A stretch of 64,000 nucleotides of DNA, from assembly GCA_963709345.1 (NCBI GenBank), contig CAVPVX010000004.1:192001-256000 (forward strand), in the 5' to 3' direction. A model generated the notes under the pieces. That model saw only the letters and a program-made list of their open reading frames with translations, was not told the origin of the DNA and ran no database searches. Source of the stretch: an uncultured Actinomycetes bacterium. GTDB taxonomy: Bacteria; Actinomycetota; Thermoleophilia; UBA2241. Positions 20,808 to 29,318 of this stretch are shown here, in pieces (positions within the stretch are counted from its first letter, which is position 1; each line of letters starts with the position of its first letter). Both the position numbers and the translations under genes were made by a program.

Positions 20808-21567
20808 TCAGAACGCCATCGAGTAGGTGTGGGTCCAGATGCTGGGGCCCATGCCTCTGCCGATCGCCAGGGCGGCGAGGCGGATCTGCGCCCAGCCGTC
20901 GTAGATGCTGGTGCCGCGCCATGGGTTCCAGCTCGCCGACCACTCGCGGGTCATGAATTGGAAGAGGCCGTGGTACGGGCCGCTGACGACCCGGCGTTGC
21001 CCGGTCGACTCGAGCATCATGAGGCGGTAGAGGCCGGCCGCGCTGACGCCGTACTTGCGCGCGGCGATCTCGATCAGCGGCCGCCACTGGCCGCGGCTGT
21101 TCCACTTCTGAATCTGGACGCGCAGGCGGACGCGCTTCGCCAGTCGCTTCACCTTGTCGCTCCAGCGTTTGGTCATCGCGCGCAGCTTCACGACACGCGC
21201 CTGCAGTGCTGCGACTTCCTCGTCGCTGACGACGCCGTCGGCCAGCAGCGCGGCCGCGAGCGCCTGATCCATGCCGGGGGGGATCAGTCAGAGTCGGCGC
21301 GGCCGGGTCGAGCGGCGCGGCGTCCGGGTCCAGCGGGGTGGCGGTGATAGTGGAGGGGTCCGTCGCGGCGCGGAGCTCACGGGCTCCCGCCAGGTTCACG
21401 ACGGCGAGGCGCTGACGCTGACGGGCCCGCTGCCTCTTCTCCTTGGCTTGGCGCAGCTGCTGCTTGAGCTGCTTGATGGGCGGTTGCTCTGCGGAGGCCG
21501 GCGACGCGATGATCGCGGTGGCCAGGAGGGCGAGGACGATGAGGATCCCGAGGTGTCTGAGACGCAC
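20808..21567 (-). CDS. Secreted coiled-coil + lytic transglycosylase (SLT/Rpf-like) protein, frameshift at G7 run 21276-21282
   Basis: Signal peptide (ILIVLALLATAIIASPASA), coiled coil, then LMMLES...YHGLFQF lysozyme-like motif in a second frame. Confidence 0.7.
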
Positions 21568-21997
21568 GGTGACCTTTCCACGTGGTGTCCCGCTGGGGCA
21601 GTGGCCTTGCCTGTGCCCGGCGGGCGATCCGCGCCCGGGCGCGCGCCCGCCACACGGCATGTCCGTCAGATGGAAGAGGGGAGACGAATCTGCTGGGGGT
21701 GGGGCGCGCGGGGCGCCTCTTCTGCGTAGATTCGTGCTCCATTGAACCCTGTGGACGGCGCGTATGCAACCCGATGCGCCTGCATCGTGGCCGGGCCGGC
21801 GCTTGCGCCGGCGATGAGCACCCCGGAAACGTCGTCGACCACGCATCGTCCTCGCAGCGTCCGATCCTGCGCGCCGCCCTGTGGGTCGTGAGGTATGGTT
21901 CAATCAGATGATCGCCGCGGACGCCGGCGTGAGACCGCTCTCGTCACGCGATGCCGGCCGCGCCGGAGCCGGAAATCACGCGGACAGGGGGAGAATC

Positions 21998-23269
21998 GTG
22001 AACCCACATGGGCCACTCTGTGCGCGGCGCCTCGCCGTCGTGCTCATGCTGCTGCTGGTGGCCGTGGCGCTGGGCGTCTCGCTGCTGACCACGGGGAACG
22101 CGCACGCCGCCGACCTGACGTCCTGGTTCGCGATCCAGGACAGCCGCGTGTGGCTCCGCTCCTCACGGGTCATCGTGGGCGACCAGGGTTGGTCGCCGTA
22201 CTTCCGTCCCGGTATCGTCGTGTGGGACGGGGGGAGCATCGTCGGCGGTCACGGAGTGGATCCCGGCGACGACTACGCCGCACAGACCCTCGCACTCGTC
22301 CCACGGGTCTGCCGGAGCTACGCGTCTGTTACCGCCGGAGCCGACATCGCCGACATGGTCGTCGAGGCTCCAGCCGAGGTCGATGCGCGGTATCTCGCGG
22401 GTGCCGACGGCAACGTGTGCGTCGTGCACGCCGGCGGCAGCGACCTCAAGAGCGGACGCGACCCCGAGGTCATCTTCGATCAGATCCGCACCTACTGTGC
22501 CGACCGGCGCGACGCAGGGTTCGCCGTGGTCGTCGTCACGATCCTGCCACGGACCGACGCCCCCACCTTCGAGGCGGCCCGCGCGATCCTGAACGGCTTG
22601 TTGCGCGCGCACTGGCCGGAGTTCGCCGACGGACTTGCGGATGTCGCCGCCGACCCGCGCATCGGCGACATCTACGACAACCTCGACCAGCGGTACTACT
22701 GCGCCGACGGCAAACACCCCAACGCCTCCGGGTACGCGGTGATGGCATCGGTGACCGCCCCGGTCCTCATGGACCTCCCGTGGCTCTCGCAGGCCGTGGA
22801 CATGCGTCTGCGCAACGCCGGGGACGAGTGGGGGGAGTGGCGCGCCTATGCGGCGCTCACCACGTGGTGGCTCGCGCCGGGCGACGGCGCCAGGAGAGTG
22901 GAGGCGGAGTACCGGAGGGGAGTGGAGGATCCGGTGGCCGTTGGAGACGACGTCAACGTCGACACCGTGCGCCCGACGACGCGGGCGCTGCGCTCCGTCG
23001 CCGTGCGTCGCGGCGGCAAAGCCGTACTCGCATACCGCGTGCTCGACGCCGACCCGCACGGATCCTACGCCACGGTGGTGCTTCGGATCCTGCGCGGCGA
23101 CAAGGTCGTCACGTCGATGGTCCGGCACCGCCGGGCCATCGGACGCCGTCTCCAGGTGTCGTTCACGTGCACCCTGCCCGCGGGCTCGTATCGCTGGCAG
23201 GTCCTCGCCCGCGACACCGCGGGCAACCGCCAGAGCGTGGCGGGCAGCGCCCGGTTCGTCGTGCGCTGA
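21998..23269 (+). CDS. Secreted SGNH/GDSL hydrolase-like protein with C-terminal beta-sandwich
   Basis: Signal/TM segment, DGGSI (GDS-like), AGGSD, DGKHPNASGY; C-terminal Ig-like tail ending ARDTAGNRQ. Confidence 0.7.
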   Translation: MNPHGPLCARRLAVVLMLLLVAVALGVSLLTTGNAHAADLTSWFAIQDSRVWLRSSRVIVGDQGWSPYFRPGIVVWDGGSIVGGHGVDPGDDYAAQTLALVPRVCRSYASVTAGADIADMVVEAPAEVDARYLAGADGNVCVVHAGGSDLKSGRDPEVIFDQIRTYCADRRDAGFAVVVVTILPRTDAPTFEAARAILNGLLRAHWPEFADGLADVAADPRIGDIYDNLDQRYYCADGKHPNASGYAVMASVTAPVLMDLPWLSQAVDMRLRNAGDEWGEWRAYAALTTWWLAPGDGARRVEAEYRRGVEDPVAVGDDVNVDTVRPTTRALRSVAVRRGGKAVLAYRVLDADPHGSYATVVLRILRGDKVVTSMVRHRRAIGRRLQVSFTCTLPAGSYRWQVLARDTAGNRQSVAGSARFVVR

Positions 23270-23380
23270 CGGCGCGGGTCCACCCGACGTCGCCGAGCCA
23301 GTGTGGCCCGCAACACTGGAGCTTTTCATGTCGGAGTCGAGAGGCGTCCTGTGGGACGGTGAGAGCCAACCGTCCCGTCC

Positions 23381-23806
23381 GTGGCTGCGGGCTTCGCGGT
23401 GCTCAGCGGCCGCGAGTGGGCAAGGTGGACAGGATTCGGGATCGCCGCACTGAGCGTGATCGGCCAGATGCCGTTCGCCCAGGCGTACCCGCTCTGGACA
23501 CTGCTCATCATCGCCGTCGACTTCATGGTCGTCTACGGTCTCACCGTCTCCGGCGGCAGGGCTGCAGGGTCGGCGACCTCGACCCGGGAGGAGTGGGAGC
23601 GCCACCTTCGTGACGTCTCGTCGCGGGAGGAGCGCGCGGCCTGGCGTCTCGTCCACATCGGGACGCTCGAGAAGAACCTTGGTGTGCCCGTGCCCACCCT
23701 CGCCGGTCACCAGGTGGACCCTGCCGCCATCGACGACGCCCAGATCGCGAGGATCAAGGAGCTTGAGAGCAGGCTCGTCGTCTCGCTGGTCGCCGTCAAG
23801 GGGTAG
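23381..23806 (+). CDS. Chimeric ORF: membrane-protein fragment (DUF7144-like) fused to small tandem-repeat protein copy 2
   Basis: N-half resembles C-half of 43769-44152 (WARW.G...P.W....VVYGLT); C-half resembles 24816-25013. May be a relic. Confidence 0.5.
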   Translation: MAAGFAVLSGREWARWTGFGIAALSVIGQMPFAQAYPLWTLLIIAVDFMVVYGLTVSGGRAAGSATSTREEWERHLRDVSSREERAAWRLVHIGTLEKNLGVPVPTLAGHQVDPAAIDDAQIARIKELESRLVVSLVAVKG

Positions 23807-23991
23807 GAGCTCCCAGCCCTGCGCGTGCTCCCCGAACGCGTCGAGGACGATGTCGAGCGCCGTGCGAACTACCCCGGGCCGTCGCCGACGTCCTGACGCC
23901 GTCCGTCACCCGGGGTAGCAGGCTGGCCGGCGCACCCGCGTGAGCGTCCGGGGTCACCCCCGTCGTCGTCGAGGGCGCGACGACCCTCTGA

Positions 23992-24640
23992 TCAGCTCGC
24001 CGCGCCGTCCTTGTCGTCGCTCGACGGGAACAGCTTGTCCTGATAGTAGCCGTCGGCCAGGTAGATCGCGGCCAGCGGGTTGTGGCCGAGGACCCTGTCC
24101 TTCGCGGCCAGAACCGTCACCGGGGCGCTTGAATGCTTGAAGAAGAGGCTGTCGTGCCCGACGCACAGCCCGAGCACGATGTTGAGCTGCGTTCCGGCGC
24201 GGGCAAGCGCGTGCGCTTGGCCGACGGGGTTGCACATGGCCTCGAACGATCCCGGCAGGAGTTTTTCGTCGTCGCCCAGCCCTATGAGGCTCTTGTCGAC
24301 GGCGCCGTTCTTGCAGAGCACCGAGTCGACGCTGAAGCCGTTGGCGACGAGCACCCGGCGAAGCACGGCCGCCTCGCTCTGGAGCCCGATGCAGAACGCC
24401 AGCCCAAGACTCTCGAAACCGCAGCGACGGGCGAAGGCCATGGTCTCCTCCACGCGCGTGAGGCGGCAGTAGCCCTCGGCCTCCACCCGAGCTGAGTTGC
24501 GGGCCAGCACGAGATCGTCCACGCTGTAGGCGTCGAGCGCCGGCGCCGGCGTCCGCGTCTGACGTTGGGCAGTGCGACGGGTACGTCGTCGCACCTTCTT
24601 CGTGGCAGGCGAGTCGCTTGCAGGCGGCACACTCGTACAT
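23992..24640 (-). CDS. DUF1847 family putative metal-binding protein (frameshift near 24545)
   Basis: CAAC...C...CP N-terminus; TRVEE, AFCIGL, MCNPVGQA, GLCVGHDSLF, KDRVLGHNPLAA. Confidence 0.85.
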
Positions 24641-24815
24641 CGCGCTCCTCCCTTGCCGGGCGGCCCGGCTCTTCTACGGCGCGAGACTCCACGCTCCCTT
24701 CCCGATCGTGACTCTAGCACCCCGTGAAGTCGCGTGGCCTGGTCAACGCTTGGGCACGTACTCGCGCGGGAAGGCACCCTTCGACCTGCGATCTCGCGCG
24801 AAGGGAGCTCTTCTC

Positions 24816-25013
24816 ATGCTGTGCAGTCTCGCAACGAAACTGGATCAAGGACAACTGGACGACATCGGGGCGCTCGAGGCCGAACTCGGTGTGCCCGTCC
24901 TCGCGTTCGCCTGCCACGAGATGGAGCCCGCCGCGATCGATGAGGCGCAGGTCGCCAGGATCGCGGAGCTCGAGAGCCGCCTCGGGGTCTCGCTGGTCGC
25001 CGTCCGGGGATAA
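24816..25013 (+). CDS. Small uncharacterised tandem-repeat protein, copy 3 (65 aa)
   Basis: AAGGGAG RBS; MLCSLATKLDQGQLDDIGALEAELGVPVLAFAC / HEMEPAAIDEAQVARIAELESRLGVSLVAVRG. Confidence 0.8.
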   Translation: MLCSLATKLDQGQLDDIGALEAELGVPVLAFACHEMEPAAIDEAQVARIAELESRLGVSLVAVRG

Positions 25014-25095
25014 GTCTCCCGGGCAGCCTCTGTCCATCCCGGTCACCGCCCTCATCACCGGCAGGCGCCCGCGCGCGGGCGCTCCGGCGTCTAGT

Positions 25096-26577
25096 CTAGT
25101 CCTCGAAGGCGCCGTCGTGCATGCCCGCGTAGGGCCTGCCCCAGCCGAAGTCGTCCCATTCGGTCGCGGTATAGGTCATGCTCGCCGTGAGCGGCTCGCC
25201 GAGGGACTCGAGATGCGCCTTGCTCGGGTGCATGACAAACGGCTCGGCCTTGTGGCGGCTGCTCGCCGTGTCCCACTGGGCCTCGGGGATCTCGTCGCAC
25301 TTGCGCAGCAGGAGGTCCCACTCGAAGTCGACCCACTCCTGCAGTTGCTCCAGGAGCTGCTCGTTGCCGGGCAGTGCCATGTGCGTGAAGCGGCCTTGGC
25401 GCTCGAGCCAGGCGCCGAGCGGCTGCTTGTGCCGCGGCCGGTAGGTCAGACGGTACTTGCCGTCGGCGACCTCGAAGAGCGGCCAGTAGCAGCAATCGGT
25501 CGCGAGACGCGACAGCTCGATGCCCTCGTCGTTCTCGGTGCGCCAGCCGCGGGGACAGGGCGAGAGGACGTTGAGGAAGGTGGGCCCCTCGATCGCCAGC
25601 GCCTTCGACGCCTTGTGCATGAGGTCCTGCGGGTCGTGCGGCGAGGACTGAGCCACGTAGGGTAGTCGGTGCGCCACCATGATCTCGGTGAGGTTCTTGC
25701 TGTGACCCACCTTGCCCTGCTGGTCGGAGCCCACGGGGCTCGTCGTCGTCCAGGCGCCGTGTGGGGTGGCGCTGGAGCGCTGGAAACCCGTGTTCATATA
25801 GGCGCCGTTGTCGTAACAGACGTAGAGCATGTCGTGACCGCGGTCCATCGCGCCCGAGAGCGACTGCAGGCCGATGTCGTAGGTGCCGCCGTCGCCGCCG
25901 AAGGCGATGAACTTCACCCGGTCCTCAAGCTTGCCGCGCTTGCGCAACGCGCGGAAGGCCGTCTCGACGCCGGAGAGCGTGGCGGCCGCGTTCTCGAAGT
26001 TGGTGTGGATGTAGCTGCCCTTCCAGGCGGTGTAGGGGTAGCGCGTCGTCGAGACCTCGAGGCAGCCGGTGGCGCCGGAGACGACGTGGTGGCTGTCGAC
26101 CTGTGAGAGGACCTGGTTCACGACGATGGAGGCGCCACAGCCGCTGCAGAGGCCGTGGCCGCTCGAAAGGCGCGGCGGCTTCTTGGCCAGCTCATGCACG
26201 CTGCGCCGATGCTCGTAGTACAGCTCGGTAGGCACGAGGGCGTCGAACTTGCATGCCTCGACGCAGTGCCCGCAGGTCATGCAGCGGCGCTCGTCGAGGG
26301 TGATCGTGCCGGCGAAATGGCGGTCCTTTCCCCTGCCGTGTGTGCGCGAGGGGTCGCGGCGCACGTCGATGCACTCCACCGGGCACACCTTCTTGCAGGC
26401 GCCGCAGAAGGTGCAGGTGTGGCCGCCGCCGGGCTTGGGCGCGAGGTCGAAGAGGCCCGTCCCGTGGAGCTTGTGGACGAGGTCGCGTACGGCGTAGCTG
26501 TTCTCGGGGATGGGGTGGCCGTACGTGAGGGCTTGCGTGTCGGCGGCATCAGTGGGGGTCTTTGGCCTCGCGCTCAT
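25096..26577 (-). CDS. porB: 2-oxoacid (pyruvate):ferredoxin oxidoreductase beta subunit with N-terminal 2x[4Fe-4S] domain
   Basis: CTFCGACKKVCP and CMTCGHCVEAC, then GHGLCSGC, ATGCLEV, GGDGGTYDIG, YDNGAYMNTG, SPCPRGW. Confidence 0.88.
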   Translation of the reverse strand: MSARPKTPTDAADTQALTYGHPIPENSYAVRDLVHKLHGTGLFDLAPKPGGGHTCTFCGACKKVCPVECIDVRRDPSRTHGRGKDRHFAGTITLDERRCMTCGHCVEACKFDALVPTELYYEHRRSVHELAKKPPRLSSGHGLCSGCGASIVVNQVLSQVDSHHVVSGATGCLEVSTTRYPYTAWKGSYIHTNFENAAATLSGVETAFRALRKRGKLEDRVKFIAFGGDGGTYDIGLQSLSGAMDRGHDMLYVCYDNGAYMNTGFQRSSATPHGAWTTTSPVGSDQQGKVGHSKNLTEIMVAHRLPYVAQSSPHDPQDLMHKASKALAIEGPTFLNVLSPCPRGWRTENDEGIELSRLATDCCYWPLFEVADGKYRLTYRPRHKQPLGAWLERQGRFTHMALPGNEQLLEQLQEWVDFEWDLLLRKCDEIPEAQWDTASSRHKAEPFVMHPSKAHLESLGEPLTASMTYTATEWDDFGWGRPYAGMHDGAFED

Positions 26578-26600
26578 GTCGTCCTCGCCTTGATCGGTGA

Positions 26601-26621
26601 TGCGGACAAAGTTTGTCCGCA
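26601..26621. promoter_or_regulatory. Palindromic putative operator TGCGGACAAA-G-TTTGTCCGCA
   Basis: Perfect 10-bp arms 24 bp upstream of the porB-fusion start, in an AT-richer divergent intergenic region. Confidence 0.5.
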
Positions 26622-26754
26622 ATTGGGGGGAAGTTGAAAAGCTACCAAAAGTGCGACGCCCCTACAAGCGTGGCAGGCGTTCGCCGGGCATGCGGCTCAC
26701 GGGCGCGTGGGCGACGGTGGCGCCACGGCCGCGGTCTTCGGCTAGACTCGTAGG

Positions 26755-27696
26755 GTGACCGACGAGCACGAAAGCCGGCCGCCGGCCGCAGGCGAGCGGC
26801 CGGCCGCCCCCGGAGAGATGCTCTCCGCGCGCCGCTCCGCCGCGGGGGCGGCGGCGCTGGTCGTCGTCCTCGCCGTCTCCATCCAGACGGGCTCGGCTCT
26901 TGCCGTGCGCGTCATCGAGTCGGTCGGGGTCATCGAGGCGCTTTGGTTTCGCACCGCCTTCGCGGCGCTGATCCTGGTCGCCGTCAGGCCGCGCGCTTTG
27001 CGTCTGCCGGCCCGCGGTCACCGCCTTCCCGTGGCGGCGCTGTCGGTCACGATGCTGCTCATGAACCTGAGCTTCTACGGCGCCATCAGCCGGGCGCCCG
27101 TCGGCATCGTCGTGGCGATCGAGTTCGTCGGTCCGCTGGCGGTCGCGGTTCTCGGCAAGCGCCGTCGCCTCGACTGGCTGTGGATCGTCCTGGCCGGCGT
27201 GGGCGTCGTCGTCCTGGCCGGCCCTGCCGGGGGAGCGAGCGGGTGGGGCGTCGTCCTGGCTCTCGGCGCCGGCACGTTCTGGGGCATCTACCTTCTGCTC
27301 GCCAAGCGATCCGTCACGGGTCTCGACCCTTTCTCCGTGGCGACGCTGATGATGGTGGGTGCGGCGATTCTGATCACGCCCGCGTTTCTCGTCACCGGCG
27401 TGCGCATCGCCGGCCACTGGGAGGCGATCGCTCTCGGCATCGTGATCGCCGTCGTTTCGTCGGCGTTCCCGTACTTCCTCGAGCTGGTGGCGATCCGCCG
27501 CGTGCGTGCCGCCACCTACGGCGTTCTGCTGAGCATCGAACCGGCTGTGGCGGCGCTGGCCGCGCTCATCGTGCTCGGCCAGCGGATCTCGGCGCTGGAG
27601 GCGGCGGCCATGGCTGCCGTCATGGCCGCCGCCGCCGGCGCCAGCTGGACGAGCGGCGGCGCCGCCGAGGCAGGGGTCGACCTGCCGGCGCCCTGA
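26755..27696 (+). CDS. EamA/RhtA-like DMT transporter
   Basis: SIQTGSALA, MNLSFYGAI, AIEFVGPL, PYFLELVA, LLSIEPAVAA. Confidence 0.9.
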   Translation: MTDEHESRPPAAGERPAAPGEMLSARRSAAGAAALVVVLAVSIQTGSALAVRVIESVGVIEALWFRTAFAALILVAVRPRALRLPARGHRLPVAALSVTMLLMNLSFYGAISRAPVGIVVAIEFVGPLAVAVLGKRRRLDWLWIVLAGVGVVVLAGPAGGASGWGVVLALGAGTFWGIYLLLAKRSVTGLDPFSVATLMMVGAAILITPAFLVTGVRIAGHWEAIALGIVIAVVSSAFPYFLELVAIRRVRAATYGVLLSIEPAVAALAALIVLGQRISALEAAAMAAVMAAAAGASWTSGGAAEAGVDLPAP

Positions 27697-27766
27697 ACGG
27701 GGCGTGCGCCCCGTCCCGCCGACTCGCGGTAGAATCGTCTCACCGTCATCACGAAAGGAGCCCCCA

Positions 27767-28360
27767 GTGGCCAGCCTCAAGGGCAGCAAGACCGAGCAGA
27801 ACCTCCTCAAGGCGTTCGCCGGCGAGAGCCAGGCGCGCAACCGCTACACGTTCTACGCCAGATCGGCGCAAGCAGGAAGGCTACGAACAGATCGGCGCGA
27901 TCTTCCTCGAGACCGCCGAGCACGAGCGCCAGCATGCCAAGCGCTTCTTCAAGCATCTCGAGGGCGGCGTGGTCGAGATCACCGCCTCGTATCCTGCCGG
28001 CCCGTTCGAAGGCAGCACGGCACAGCACCTCGCCGACGCCGCCGCCGGCGAGCACGAGGAGTGGGTAGATCTGTATCCGGCCTTCGCCGAGGTCGCCCAA
28101 GCGGAGGGCTTCAAGGACGTGGCCACCACCTTCCGCATGGTCGCCAAAGCCGAGGCGATGCACGAGGCGCGCTACCTCAAGCTGCGCGGCCAATGTGGAG
28201 GAGAGCGCGGTCTTCGAGAAGCCGGAGAAGGTCCGCTGGATGTGCCGCAAGTGCGGCTACATTCACGAGGGTCACCAAGGCGCTCCAAGGTCTGCCCGAC
28301 CTGCACGCACCCCCAGGCCTACCAGAATACGCGGCGACTTTGCGAGTCGACCGACGTGGC
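27767..28360 (+). CDS. rbr: Rubrerythrin (about 3 frameshifts; end approximate)
   Basis: SKTEQNLLKAFAGESQARNRY, EHERQHAK, GEHEEWVDLYP, EAMHE, WMCRKCGYIH, CPTCTHP across frames. Confidence 0.88.
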
Positions 28361-28401
28361 CTGGCCGACGGCTCGCCGTCTCGCCGGGCCGCCGGGGACG
28401 A

Positions 28402-28438
28402 GACGGGGCGGGAGGCCGGAAGGGCCGCCCGCCCCGTC
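28402..28438. terminator. GC-rich hairpin between convergent rbr and iscU
   Basis: gacggggcgggaggcc-ggaag-ggccgcccgccccgtc, 16-bp stem with one mismatch. Confidence 0.55.
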
Positions 28439-28479
28439 GCCGTAAGGGCGCCGCGGCGCCGTGCGACGCGCGGCGGTCC

Positions 28480-29283
28480 CTACTCGAGCACCACGAACGC
28501 GTCCGCAGTCAGCTCGTATTCCTCGTCTTCGTTCAAGTCGTGCACGCGTATCCGCTCGAGCTCGCCTTCGCCGAGCAGCTCGAGCGGCTGCGCCTCAGCC
28601 AGGATCTTGACGTCGCTGAGGCGCAGGGCCGAGCGCACCGCGGGGCTCACGCTCGGCTCCTTGCCGGTCGTCATCAGCACTACGCGCCCGGTGTGGTCTG
28701 TGAGGTCCATGGCCAGCTGCGCGGCGTGGTCGCCGGTGTCGAGCACGACGACACGTTGGTCGGCGAGGTCGGCGAGATCGTCCACCTTGCGGTAGAGACC
28801 CTTGCTCTCGTAGTCGTCCAGCTTCTGGATCTCGATCTCCGCAACGGCTGCCGGGACTGGGTGGCACGACTTCTCGATCGGCGTCGTGGTCGCGTCCTCC
28901 GGCTTGATGCCCTCGCGCCAATTCTTGATCGCCTCGTGCAACGCATCGGCGGCCAGGTTGCTGCAGTGCATCTTGATCGGCGGCAGGCCGTCGAGTGCGT
29001 CGGCGACGTCGCCGCGACTCACCTTGAGCGCCTCGTCGAGCTGCATGCCGACGACGAGCTCGGTGATCATGCTCGAGGTCGCGACGGCGGAGCCGCAGCC
29101 GAAGGTCTGGAACTTGATCTCCTTGATGCGGTCGTCCTCGACGTCGATGTAGATGTCCATCATGTCGCCGCAGACGGGGTTGCCCACGCGGCCGACGGCG
29201 ACGTTGGGGCCTTCCAGCGTGCCCACGTTCCGGGGGTTGCGGAAGTGCTCGAGGGTCTTCTCGCTGTACTGCGTCGATTTCAT
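28480..29283 (-). CDS. iscU: Fe-S scaffold IscU/NifU fused to a degenerate thioredoxin-reductase NAD(P)H-binding domain
   Basis: HFRNPRNVG, NPVCGD, FGCGSA, LPPIKMHCSNLA; extra C-terminal Rossmann-like domain of about 110 aa. Confidence 0.88.
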   Translation of the reverse strand: MKSTQYSEKTLEHFRNPRNVGTLEGPNVAVGRVGNPVCGDMMDIYIDVEDDRIKEIKFQTFGCGSAVATSSMITELVVGMQLDEALKVSRGDVADALDGLPPIKMHCSNLAADALHEAIKNWREGIKPEDATTTPIEKSCHPVPAAVAEIEIQKLDDYESKGLYRKVDDLADLADQRVVVLDTGDHAAQLAMDLTDHTGRVVLMTTGKEPSVSPAVRSALRLSDVKILAEAQPLELLGEGELERIRVHDLNEDEEYELTADAFVVLE

Positions 29284-29318
29284 CGTCAGGCGCCTTTCGG
29301 ATCAGATGGTCGCGGCCG

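Noticed and set aside
21567-21900. ydaO/c-di-AMP riboswitch expected upstream of the Rpf-like gene
   Set aside because: Consensus elements not recognisable by eye; only the unexplained inverted repeats are reported
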